From Bigelowiella natans CCMP2755 (Eukaryota; Protista; Cercozoa), in NCBI GenBank assembly GCA_000320545.1, contig ADNK01000765.1, positions 12,813-76,812 of the forward strand: DNA of 64,000 bases, given 5' to 3'. The notes under the pieces are model-generated. The model was not told the DNA's origin, searched no databases, and saw only the letters and a list, made by a program, of their open reading frames with translations. Position 1 is the stretch's first letter. Every line of letters begins with the position of its first letter. The position numbers and the translations under genes were made by a program. Positions 25,289-36,611 of the stretch are shown piece by piece.

Positions 25289-25503
25289 TATTACGCATAA
25301 ATATCGAACTTATCGACAGTTGTTATGCAGTACATATGTCTACTGTTTTATGTTCGAGATGCTGTCCACAAAGCAAAAGTTTGCTGATGTTGGGGTGTTT
25401 ATAATGATTTTAGGTCCGCAACCTTAGCAGTAGAGACGTCTCCAATGCAATGAAAAGATTGAAGGCTAAAATTAGAGCAATGGAAAAGCGAGGCGCATCG
25501 TAA
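12779..25503 (+). CDS. SEC15: Exocyst complex component Sec15/EXOC6, many short exons with microsatellite-rich introns and low-complexity insertions
   Basis: Exons RQVRQNIDDAI, NKRYFSAFKILINLQK, IEYSHLYDSLRVMDLLGEQERFK, YFATLTGLLLVE, PHDYVTDVITYLTTTFISLQKLP, RFNMYGICNLSCDLKALEHFA..LHNAFRNIRQ|IVDMLL and LVMILGNYK match Sec15 blocks in the correct order. ATG 12779, TAA 25501-25503; middle exons not all resolved. Confidence 0.8.
12930..25285. repeat. Dense intronic microsatellites ((CT)n, (CA)n, (GA)n, (TA)n, (CAT)n, (TAG)n, (GAA)n and compounds); similar density at 50100-54700 and 58400-64000
   Basis: Directly visible, e.g. 14221-14303, 16797-16858, 19085-19167, 20842-20868 and 22560-22613. 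Confidence 0.95.
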
Positions 25504-25700
25504 ATTCTAGTTACGCATGCCCGTAATGATGTAGCCATGTCTAGATGCTTTTGACTTAAAAGCGACTGAACATTGATAAGATTGGCATTCATTCGCCAGA
25601 CTTCGAGTGCAGAAATTGTTGCGATGGTGACCGCCACAGTGCTGTGTTCACTGTCTTGTGGGCCATTAGAGCAGCCAAGCTGACGCAAGCTAGCAAGTTA

Positions 25701-26663
25701 TCACGCACAACGCTACGCACTTCACGCGCAAGCACAAAGGTCAGGAACGTCCAGACGTCCAGTCGCCTCCACTGCATGGTCCAACACGTCTAGACGTGCA
25801 TGTCACAGTGCATGAACACATCTGGACACAGCTAGACAGCTCTAGAGCTAGACAGCCGCAGACAGCAAAGATGATGACACCATGCTAGCATGGTCATGTG
25901 CAGTCTAGCAGTGCGTGCTGGCTAGCTGGCACCACTCTGGCACTGCTATGTACAGCTAGACTGCTGCACTGCTAGACTGGCGCTAGCTAGCTAGCTAGCT
26001 GGCTAGCTAGCCAGGCTAGCTAGCTAGAAGGCGCACTGCTGGCTAGACTGTCCACACCGACGTGCACCTGCTAGCCTGGCGCACGGACAGACAGGGCCCG
26101 GCCGGGAAACGCACGGGGCACGCCTGCCAGCACGGCGGTCGGGTGCTCCAGTCCAGCAGTGCTGCTCACTTCCTCACTTGCTCACTTGCTGCACGCGCTG
26201 GCGCGCACGACAATGCTGCTGGCTAGATGGTCACCACAGAAAACACGCTGTGCAGCATGTTCTAGATGTTGCCTAGATCACGCTGTGCACACGAAATGGG
26301 CTGCTACTGGACTGAGCGACCGTCCGCTAGACGCAGATCGTGCATCCAGATGTCGTCGTGCGCATCGCCGCAGCGATCGTGCAAAGTTGCATTGCCAGGT
26401 TGTTTTCGTGCAATGAGCTGGCAAGGACAGCCACGCACGTCGACGCACACCACATTGCATCTAGATTTCTTCAGGGCGAGATGGTGCAGTGTGACACTGT
26501 CACGGACTCAGACGCAGTCCCCCATCCCCCCACCCACCGGGCTAGCTGTGCAGGGTCTGTCTCGAAGAAGATGGTGTCTTGCAATGCAAAAAAATGTTGA
26601 TGGGTTTTGCGGGGCTCGAGACACTCTCGGTGGTCTCAGAACTTTCTCCATTTTTCTGTCGCT
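25701..26663. other. TpA-depleted, CTAG-rich hypermutated intergenic patch (decayed repeat of unknown family)
   Basis: By eye, roughly 30 TpA remain in ~960 bp. All but one (25951) are in CTA/TAG context. (GCTA)n arrays at 25982-26027. Confidence 0.8.
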
Positions 26664-27429
26664 TATCGCCTTTCTCTCTTGGATGATGGATTCGATCCTA
26701 CCGGGTACGCTCGACATCTCGATTTGAATTGCGCCGTTCCAAGACTCACCTCATCTCAACATGAATCGCATCAGAATTCAAAAGGACATATTTTCAGATT
26801 TTCCGAGGAAGAAAGCACTGTCTCTTTATGAAATTACATCACAATCGAATATTTTTTAATATTTTTTAGCGAATGTGGCAATCTGATCGTGTGTACATGT
26901 GATGGTACATCCCATTGCTTAAAAATTACCCCCCTTCGCCCCTCTTTTGATCCTGCACCCCTATTTTCTTGCTGTAATCAGAATCAAATCTGTGTTCTTC
27001 AATATTTTACTTTGGCAAATGTCCTTAGTGTCACATACCTTTACTGAAATTCTTCATGTCGTCATATTAAAGTTTATAAAAATCTGCAAGATTTCTCCCG
27101 ACAATGAAAAAGAAGAATACTTACAGATCATTCGCTAAAAATGGCTTGAACTACCATGATTTTGATAGTCGAAGGTGAGAATCCCGGGGATAATTAAATA
27201 TTAAAAAACAATGGAATTACCTTCTGCGTCAAGGATTTCTGGTTGTCACACAAGCAAAACAGAAATTCATCTCTTTAAATCACATAACTCAACTCTTCCC
27301 CCCCCCTTGCCCCCGAAACCTCGCGAGGTTTGAAAATCCATCATGAAATGGATGTTATAAACTCTAATAGCTTCTAGATCTAGTTTTTTTTCCAAATTAA
27401 AAGGAGAAATCTAATTGCTATGTGACAAA

Positions 27430-28770
27430 ATGCCCAGAAATAATCCATTTCGGGGACATAGAGAGCCCGGATCATTGCACAGAATGACTGATAAGTTACT
27501 GTCGAAGACTAAAAAGCTCGTGAAGTACTTGAGCAGTGCCGTTCAAGATACTGAATGCGATGAGGAGGTGCATATTCCTGCACGGTAGTGGTAGTGATAA
27601 TGACATTTCATCAATTTTCTATTCCTATAGGCTAGCTTGTCTATTTACATTCACCTGCAGAAAGCGGCCAGTGTGTTGATGAACCAGGTACTGGTAGCAT
27701 CAGATACCCAAATATCTATTACCCTTGTAACATTCTCTTGCGCATCGAATAATCAGCAAATAAAGCATGAGACGAAATCCAAGGAGGAAGACAACAAGAG
27801 GATGTCAAATTTTTCCAGTGGGCTCATCGCACCTCCTCAGGTCTTCAAAAATTCATCCACTTGCAGCAGACTATTTTGCATCCCTTATAAATATGTTCCT
27901 TACTAAAGGTGTGGTTTCGTATCACGTATTCGTCGACAATGGTAGTTCCTGAAAACTCAAATGTAGGTAATAGGAGAAGTGGTCTCTCTTGGCCAGTCAT
28001 TTGAAGCAGTATTTTGTAATTCGCTGAGGACTAGAATGAATTCACATTTTTTTTTATTTTGTTTAGTCGAACAAATCATTCCGATCATCAATTTTGCGGT
28101 CGTCCAGAATCAGAAAATGAGAATAGGTGACTTCTCTTATATTTGTTAGTAGTGGACATAATTAAACCTTGAATTGTGTCGTACCAGGAGGGATGCTATT
28201 CTGTGACGTAGTTGATGGAAGGGTCATTCAGGTAACCAAGTGATCTTGCGCATTACTCTTCGTAGTATTTAAATCCCCCAGCAGTGGCATTCCTCATCCA
28301 TGGCGATCCATGATGAAACAGGTGCTGGAGGGAGAGAGGGCGACAGTTCAAGCATTGTACACCAAAATTGATAAGGACAAAAGACACACGAATGTGCAAG
28401 TGCTAAAAGAAGAGACGGTTCGCGAACGGTAACATGCTTTTAAGAACCTCTATATAATCACCCAATAACAAAATCACGTGATTGCTTTTCACAGGAAATA
28501 TCAATCGTGGGGGATGCAATTCGCTCAGTCGGAGGAGGATTGGGAAACTGTCGTCAAAATTATTCGCCAAGAGAGGCAGAAAGGTTAATTTTACTAACAT
28601 TTTTGTGGGAGGTGTGGCTCAAAGAAATGATACATCCGTCAGGACTAGCACGCGATAAGGCCGTTACCGACCTTGGTACGTTGTCTGATGATGACGAGCC
28701 CGTATCTGCAGTTCAGACCCTTGGGTCACTGTCTGGGTGTTCGGAGGAGAAGCAGAAGGTCTTGTCTTAA
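27430..28770 (+). CDS. BLUF-domain (blue-light, FAD) photoreceptor protein without enzymatic effector; spliced
   Basis: Joined exons VWFRITYSSTMVVPENSNV|VEQIIPIINFAVVQNQKMRIG|GMLFCDVVDGRVIQ|VLEGERATVQALYTKIDKDKRHTNVQVLKEETVRER|KYQSWGMQF keep the conserved Tyr, Asn, Gln, LEG, D-x-RH and W-x-M. 5' end uncertain. Confidence 0.85.
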
Positions 28771-29372
28771 AGCGTTTCTATCCTTGTAGCAAATTAATTC
28801 ACTATCCTACCGGCGCCTGCACATCACTGCTCGTAATGCTGCAGAGAAGTGGTTATGCAAATGGGAGTCGTTGTATATTTGTCAATAATAATAAAGTCTA
28901 GAGAAATGATATCTAAATTGGTCACTCTTGAGCTGCTATTCAAGAGAGGGACCAAACTCAGCTATATCGCCGGCCGAAATATTGCCGAGTCACCACAAAT
29001 AAACGCTATGCATGCATTCAAATACACACATGTCTTAGTTGTGGTGTGGAGGTGCGCGATAGACAGCGGCGGCACACATGCACACAATGTATCAGCTGTC
29101 GTTGTTAGTAGCTGCGCATCGTGTAGGTGCTAACGTAGTGTAGCGCAAGCCCTTCAGCTATAGATGTGCAGACATGCATTGTCTAGATTGTGTCTATTAA
29201 TTAACTAGCTACATTTAGAACAGAACATTAAAGCACTGTGCTGATTAGTACTACGAAATGTGAAAGTCTACATTCGTTGCGTTAATTGCGGTTTTCCACA
29301 ACCATTCACTTACAGCAAGATCATCAGCTAGTCTCGAAAATCGTCTTGATTTTTCGTCAATAAATAGTGATC

Positions 29373-30154
29373 CTAACATTTTTTAAATACGAACACTGAT
29401 ATGTTGAAGTGTAACATTTTCAAACCCGAACATGAAGATATTATGCACGGGACCTGGGGGAGCCTCTTCGTTTGTGCACGCGCTGAGGATCGACAAAGCA
29501 CCTTGTTCGCAAGTTTTAAAGATTCTCGGATATATCTCACGAGCCTAAAATTTGTGCATACACTTGACATCACACATCGCACAATGCACGAAGAGCGTTG
29601 ACACGCACAGTCTAGATGATACCTGCCATTTGCTCTTTTCAGGAGAATATCTCCAGATGTCTGAAGCAACTGCACCGGGATTGACGCTATGAGAGATTAT
29701 CTTGTCGGAAACGTCCAAAGCCTCCAGTCTAATACGGACCATGGAACTCAGCGTGAGGTGTCCCATCCTCATCAAAACCACGCCAAAAAAATAAACTTCA
29801 AGCTTCGTTTCACAGACATCCTACTTCATTGAACTACCTCTTATTTAGTGAACGAGTCAGCACGTGCATGAAGAGTTTCGACCGCTTATATTCGCCTCCT
29901 ATAGTTAATGAGCATGTACAGTACTTTCTCACTATCACCACCACAACCACCACCATCATTATTATTATCATAATCAATCACTTTTCTTATCAGCAGTGCG
30001 TGCGCTAATACCATCCAATTCCCGATCAGTTTTGCGCCATACTGTGGAGTCCAGTTCATTTAATTTATAACCTGTGTGGCAGCAGAGAAGCTCTGATCTT
30101 CCAGACGAGTATGAATATGAGTGTGAACACTACACATTATAAAATGATACATAC

Positions 30155-30189
<35 letters not shown>

Positions 30190-30694
30190 TTCATATAGCC
30201 ATTATTTCAGATGAACGCGTGACTGACTTGCTAGCCAATGGACCCCAGAGGAAAGGTTAATCACACGTGATATCTCACCTAAGACGAAACCATAGCAGTA
30301 TTATCGTCTAAACCATCATCATGATCACCATCATGGCGAGCACGAATATTCGTGCGATCCGTATACTTGAAGATAATCAAGCGCGCGCACCCGCAAGCCA
30401 AACAACCTGTCTCAACTGCTCCGGCAAGGAGGGCAGGCAGCAGCAACATAGTCAGCTTAAAATGGCCCAGGAAGTTCACGCCGAAATTGAGCTCGATCCC
30501 ATCCTTTCATGAGTTATTCGTAGCGAGTGCGTTACGGGCTATCTGCTATTCTTCACGTTCCTCTCCGTCCACAATCATGATCCTGTACTGTGTATGTGTG
30601 TGATTGAGTACCTTGGTTATTCCGCCAGCTCCACCTCCTCCGTACCTGAGAAAGTGGAGGAGAGGAAGATGAACCACTCTTCCTCCCCTGGCGA

Positions 30695-30740
<46 letters not shown>

Positions 30741-31970
30741 ATATTTCTCGGAGATGCATGTGGGAGCACATCGGTACGTACCCAGCATTATTGATGAGGA
30801 TTGAAATGTTTGGGGCTTTCTTGTGCAATTCCTGAAGCATTGTACAACACAACAAGCAACAACCCATGTAATGACGACGACATCAAAATTATGATAGAAA
30901 CAACAAAATTGGCGCCTACGGAGACAAAGCCGTCGACAGACGAGAGGGAGGCAAGATCCAATTCCACGGCGTCGACTAGAGCGCCTTCACCCACCTACGA
31001 TTAACACCGGGCCAGTCTTTACTCTATACTATTCGGAGGCGAAACAACTACGAAGCAGGGACGGCAAGCGTACTTCGTTTTTGATGTATGAGACGGCATC
31101 TTTGGCCTTTTTGGCGTCGCGACATGCTAGAACTACTCGGGCTCCCCTGAAAATTAGAAGCGCCGTGAAGAACATGTGAAAAAGCACGCAAGAGACTCTA
31201 CCTCGCTGCCAATCCCAGAGCAGCTTCTCTTCCAATTCCAGTGTTTGCCCCGGTGATAACACACGTCTTGCCCTAACGCAAAGACGCACGGGGGTTACGA
31301 AAAGAAGCTTAGGGTTTTTCATTAGAGGAAAGTGCTTAACGAATAGCCTACCTTGAAAGATTGATTCGCCTCTGCCTTCTGACCATCTGGCGTGTTGAGC
31401 AGGCGTTTGCGGTGGCGCCGCCTCAGCAATCGGTTGCGCGCCAGAGACCTGCCATAGCGGATTCGTTAAATAGCGATAACGATATGTCCGTGCAGTTTAA
31501 TTAAAAAACACACGTCATCACCATGTCACATCGTAAAGGACGTGAAGAGCACCGAACCGCTCCTTTGCACTTGCATCCATTTCTGTCCTTACGCTCCTCA
31601 AGAGCGGGAGACGCCTATTTAGTATTCTTGGTCCTTTTATTATTACCCCCCTACTTCCTTGTAGGGTATTGCTGGTGCGGCGATTCCCCGACAGTCCAGA
31701 GAGGCCGCAGTAATAGCTGACTATACATAGAAATACCAGACCCATCCGCATTGCTGCAAACATGTTCCTTTGACCCCGTTTCCTTGTCCGTGCCCTGGAC
31801 AGCATCTTCGGCGAGGATGATGCTTCTGAACCTCGAGGCATTCCGGCCCTCTCCCGTGCAAGTTTGAAATCCTCTACGACGTCATCAGCCTTGACCTCCC
31901 TTCTTTTTGTTCCGTCGTAGCAGGCGAATGTCACAGCCGACACTATGGCGGTGGTTATGACGATCACCAT
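29373..31970 (-). CDS. Short-chain dehydrogenase/reductase (retinol dehydrogenase/WWOX-like) with N-terminal leader; both ends approximate
   Basis: GKTCVITGANTGIGREAALGLAAR|GARVVLACRD, ELDLASLSSV, NFLGHFKLTMLLLP, YKRSKL (YxxxK), SVNPGAVASDIWR. Confidence 0.85.
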
Positions 31971-32283
31971 CGCCGTCGTGGATGCTGTGGGGTGGGAGGG
32001 GACCGCCGAGTGGGTGAGTGGGGTGTGCGGGCAGCTGGAAATGACGCTGGGACTGACAAAATATCAGGAGAGCTCAGAGCTGCGTCTGGGTGTCGGTCTC
32101 TCGGTTCGTCGGTCGGTCTATCGTTTCGGTCGGGAAATTAGGATATTTTCGGGTTTATTATTTCCTCGAGTTATTCTGGCAACTTACGATCACGCCCTTG
32201 GATATTCTGTGGTTTTTCTACAATAAACTTACATTTTACGATAAATAGATTATGTTTTATTTCCTGTTTTCGTCATTGCTATT

Positions 32284-32325
<42 letters not shown>

Positions 32326-32640
32326 GGGTGGTGTTGTTGTAGCAGTGGTCGGTGTTGTTCGAAAGTCTCTGCTGGCATTGCAGAGTGGTCGGGTACCCCC
32401 CATGGTTGGTGCACTCAGCTATCCCTAATCCCTAATTCGACCAAGCCGAGCGAATTGCAAATATTTACAGAAATGTCCTTGATTATACCTCTGCGACATG
32501 TCCGAATTACTATCTATGACAAAATCCTACGTTGTCCGGCATCTCTCATCTCGCAAACCTCGGAGTGGAAGGAGTACCATCCCGAGGTGTGGCCTTCATC
32601 ACGCTCCTCCTCCCCAAGAGGCTCGGCTTCCATAGCGACT

Positions 32641-35501
32641 ATGACTGCCATGATGACAGCTATACTATTGGCTGTCGTCTTCATTCTAGTGGCCAGTTTT
32701 GCTCCGCAGACGGCCCGTCATCCAGGAGTAGTAGCACCACAACAGATGAAACTCTCGCTTACAAGAGCTGCCCGCCTCCTTTCGCCAGGGTCTACATTTA
32801 ACCCAAAAGCCTCTTTAAGGGGCGAACAAGCGCGACTGGTATCTTCAAGGCTTACGACGCAGCCCCTTATGATGGAAGTGATGCAGCCGAGGCACATAGG
32901 GGTATCCCCGAAGAGGCGAGCCGCCAGAAAGAAGAATGGAAAGTTTTCTGTCGGAAGCATTTTTAGAATGGTTTGTGCTCATTAAATCCCATTATAAGAT
33001 TTCGATATTTATAGCCCGTATACCAATAGTGATGAGTTATACTGCGTTCATTGTGTAAGTGTTGAAGAACAACGTTGTGCAAATATCAGAACACATGCAA
33101 ACACACACATACACCCAACAATCTATATCAATTTTATGCATACGTGTATGTGCATGCAGTTGCATATACAAATATGGCACAGTACACGGGAAGATCGTGA
33201 GATAGATAGGGAGAGAGAGAAACATTGTCTTGCATACGACAGATGAAAACCTCAAGGGAAAAAGCAGACGATGAAGTCGTCAGAAGTATCCAGAAGTGGC
33301 TGAAGATGCGCCAAGATCCATTACTTATGCCTACTGCACTATCTAGCATGGAAGGTACGGTTCCCCAATTCTGGGAATTAGGGCAACACACATGTCTGCA
33401 CCATGAATATCGTTATTCTCCAAAACTTATCGCTTACCAACCTCCTACATCGTATTCGGTTTACCACGTCGGCAGATGCGAATGAAGATCGTCGCCTGGT
33501 CATAATCGTTAATCCTACAAGCGGCGGGAAAACCGGGCTCAAAGTCCTACACGATATAGTTCTGCCTGTTCTTAATGCCGGTGGAATCCACAAGATCACG
33601 GTCGGAAGAGCATGTTTTTGTGGTGTTTGCGTGTGTGTTTATACTTGTATGGTGTGTACTAGCCGGTGGTGTCCGTGTATCGATCCTTTCGAACCATCAG
33701 GTGCCAGCAGCTGAGTGTAAGTGGTGTTGTGTCGCGTGATTGCGCAAATGCAGGTGGTTGAAACACTATCCCGGTTTAGCGTTCCGCAGCAGGTCGCAGA
33801 CTTGAATCTAGACGAAATCGATGACATTATAGTGATCGGTGGTGACGGGACGCTCTGTGGAGTCGTATTGGGACTCAGTAAGCACCAAGGTTAGGCCTTT
33901 CCACGAGTGTCGATGATGAGAGGAAAGGCGATAATGGTGATAATGCCACCTTGATATGCACGTATTTGCTCAAACGCATCTGATGTATATGTTAGCGGAA
34001 AAAGCTCTGTCAGTACCCGTTGGTCTTATTCCTTGTGGCTCCCACAACCACATGTTCAAAGTCATGTCAGGATTCAAGAACGTCCACGGCAGGTAATAGC
34101 ATTGATACGCGCAGCAACAGCAGTTATATTGTAAATGTTGGACTTATCCCATCAGCATTATTCTCCAAATTTCGCGAGTTTGGTGATTAAACTACTACAG
34201 CTGCCACCGCACCATCTTCCCAACACCGCCCTCTTCTTCTTTGATCCCTTCCTTCATATTCAACAACTTGCCGCCGTTTATCCATTCTTCCAGAGTTAGG
34301 CAGAGGGACGTGCTACTTTCCCTTTACCGTGTATGCAGACATGAAACGACGAACCTGACGATACCACTGGTGCAAGCAGATGGCCGTGATGAGGTCGTCG
34401 GAGAGTAACAGTGGTTATGTGAAAGTAGTTGTTGGTGCAAGTCATCATAGACCTTACGACGACCACTACGACGCGCAGAGAGTAGCGCTTCTATCGTTTT
34501 TGTATGTGCTGCAGCAGTTAGATATGACAACGCCATGGTGTGTCTTCCTCACATCGTATCTCTCATCAGAGCCCATTCATGTGTGGGCTGTCGTTCGCAC
34601 TCCTGGCAGCGGCATTCAAAACATCCGAAAAGCTTCGATGGACGGGTCTCAGGAAGACACGCTACTACGCTTCCATTCTCTATCACATCTTCAGGATGAG
34701 AAAGTAACGATAACGTCGGATATGCCGCAGTCTGGGCTCTGTCCGCCTCCCACCGCTCGAATCCGTTGATAATGGCGATTGATTTTAAACTTCAGGTACA
34801 GCTATGATGTAAGATATCTACCTGCGACGTCAGAGGAGGTGCCCCCTAGTATGGCCCCAGACACCTTTTCCGAGGTAGGTATATAATAGCTAATATCAGT
34901 ACAGCAGCTGCAGGTTAGACGTCGTAGTCGTCGTAGTAGTAGCAGTAGCAGCAGCAGCAGGTATTGTCTGAAATCTATTTTTGGGGAGAGAGAGAGAGAG
35001 AGAAAGAGAGATCAGCAGCCCTAAATACCAACATATCTTAAGCTCTACCACAGCCTTCGATAGCCGATATTCTTCTTCCCCCTCCTCCCCGCGTTCAGTC
35101 CTTGGCGCCATACTAAGAGTCGGGTGTTTGTATGTGTCTTATCGTCGTCGTCCTCTTTATCGCGTGCATGCATATTTATTCATGCACGCATTGCAGGAAT
35201 GGGTTGCTGAGACCGGTCCCTACCAATGGCTGGGATTTAGCCCCCTCTCATTTGGAGTGCCTAGAGAAGGTAAGTCAATGTACGTGGGAGTAGCACAGAT
35301 TGTTTTAATCGATTCATGAATAGACAGGTTAGTATGAGAGCTGGGTATGAGGCACTGCGATAAACAAGTACTCCTTCGTTTTTGTGCTTGCAGAGGCGTT
35401 GAACGATGGGTGGGGTTATCTGATGACGATAGAGAATGCGAGGTCTCCCTTCGGTATCATTAAAACTGTACTGAACCCCAGGTAAAATGTCTCTCTCTCT
35501 T

Positions 35502-35579
<78 letters not shown>

Positions 35580-35983
35580 TGGGTGTGGGTGTGTAGAGCA
35601 TGCGTTGTGACAACGCAAGCCATACAACTGAGATAGTTGGAGCATGCAGTTTCGTGCATCATTTGGTGATTATGTGTTACTCGTTTTCTCCCCCTGAATC
35701 TTCCTATCCCGACAACGGCATCATCTATAGCCTGAAGATGTGGGAGACTGAGAAAAATGCCCGGCTGGTGAATGTCAAAGCATTGTCTATAAGGCCTCTG
35801 GGAGACGACAGAGTAACTGATGAATGCCGTTGGATGTACCTCCACGAATGTGATCCATTTATACATTTTCTTTTTTTTAACAATAATTATAACAAGGAAT
35901 GGAATATGGATGGAGAAAAGATGGACAATTTTGATCAAGTATATGTCAGATTTGCTCCCCAGCCTGCTAAGTACCTAGGTTAA
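32641..35983 (+). CDS. Diacylglycerol/sphingosine kinase (DAGKc) family protein with signal+transit-like leader
   Basis: VIIVNPTSGG, DIIVIGGDGTL and VPVGLIPCGSHN motifs; C-terminal WNMDGE; leader MTAILLAVVFILVASFA followed by an Arg/Ser-rich stretch. Confidence 0.82.
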
Positions 35984-36611
35984 AACGTACTCGCCGACAT
36001 AGCAATAATCCTGCATATTTCGTGTGTAAAATCCTACAGCTAGCTCTGAAAACTATCTACTGAGCATTGAACCATTAATCCTCATGCGTTGCGTGTGTCT
36101 ATATTGTATGTATAAGACGGATGTCATAGCAATGACATGATTTCATGTGCATGTGTGTGTGATGTGTGTGTGTGTGTGTGTATGATTGACAAAATAAAAG
36201 CACACGATCTAGCGATGGATGCTCGCCCTCTAGCGCGAGCAGCACGTAGCGCCACAAGCTACCAAGTCAGGTTCATGTTCTCACGCGTAGCACGTCGCAC
36301 ATGGCGCATGAACAACAACGACTTGCCCTTTGCTAGTTTGCGCGCACAAATAAACTCATCTCAACGGACCTGGCACCACAATTTGAACAATGTGTGGAGC
36401 CGCCCTAGCGCACTGTGAGTGCCATGTTGCATGTGCGCAAAGCACAGTGTTTTTCGGCGCAATTAGCTAGCTAGACAACGTTGGGGGCGATCAAGATCAG
36501 GCTAGCAGGGTTGGGTTTGCATGCTAGCTAGCTAACTGGCATGGGGTTGGGATCAGGATCAGCTAGGCCAGCAAACTAGCGTGACTGTGTGCACAAACAC
36601 CATGGTTAGCC

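Noticed and set aside
26085-26160. Possible converted Helitron 3' end (GC-rich hairpin then cCAGt for cTAGt)
   Set aside because: Hairpin imperfect, no second copy and no 5' TC end identifiable.
26159-26831. Overlapping ORFs on both strands here and antisense to the LINE
   Set aside because: Explained by loss of TAA/TAG stops in TpA-depleted DNA; no motifs.
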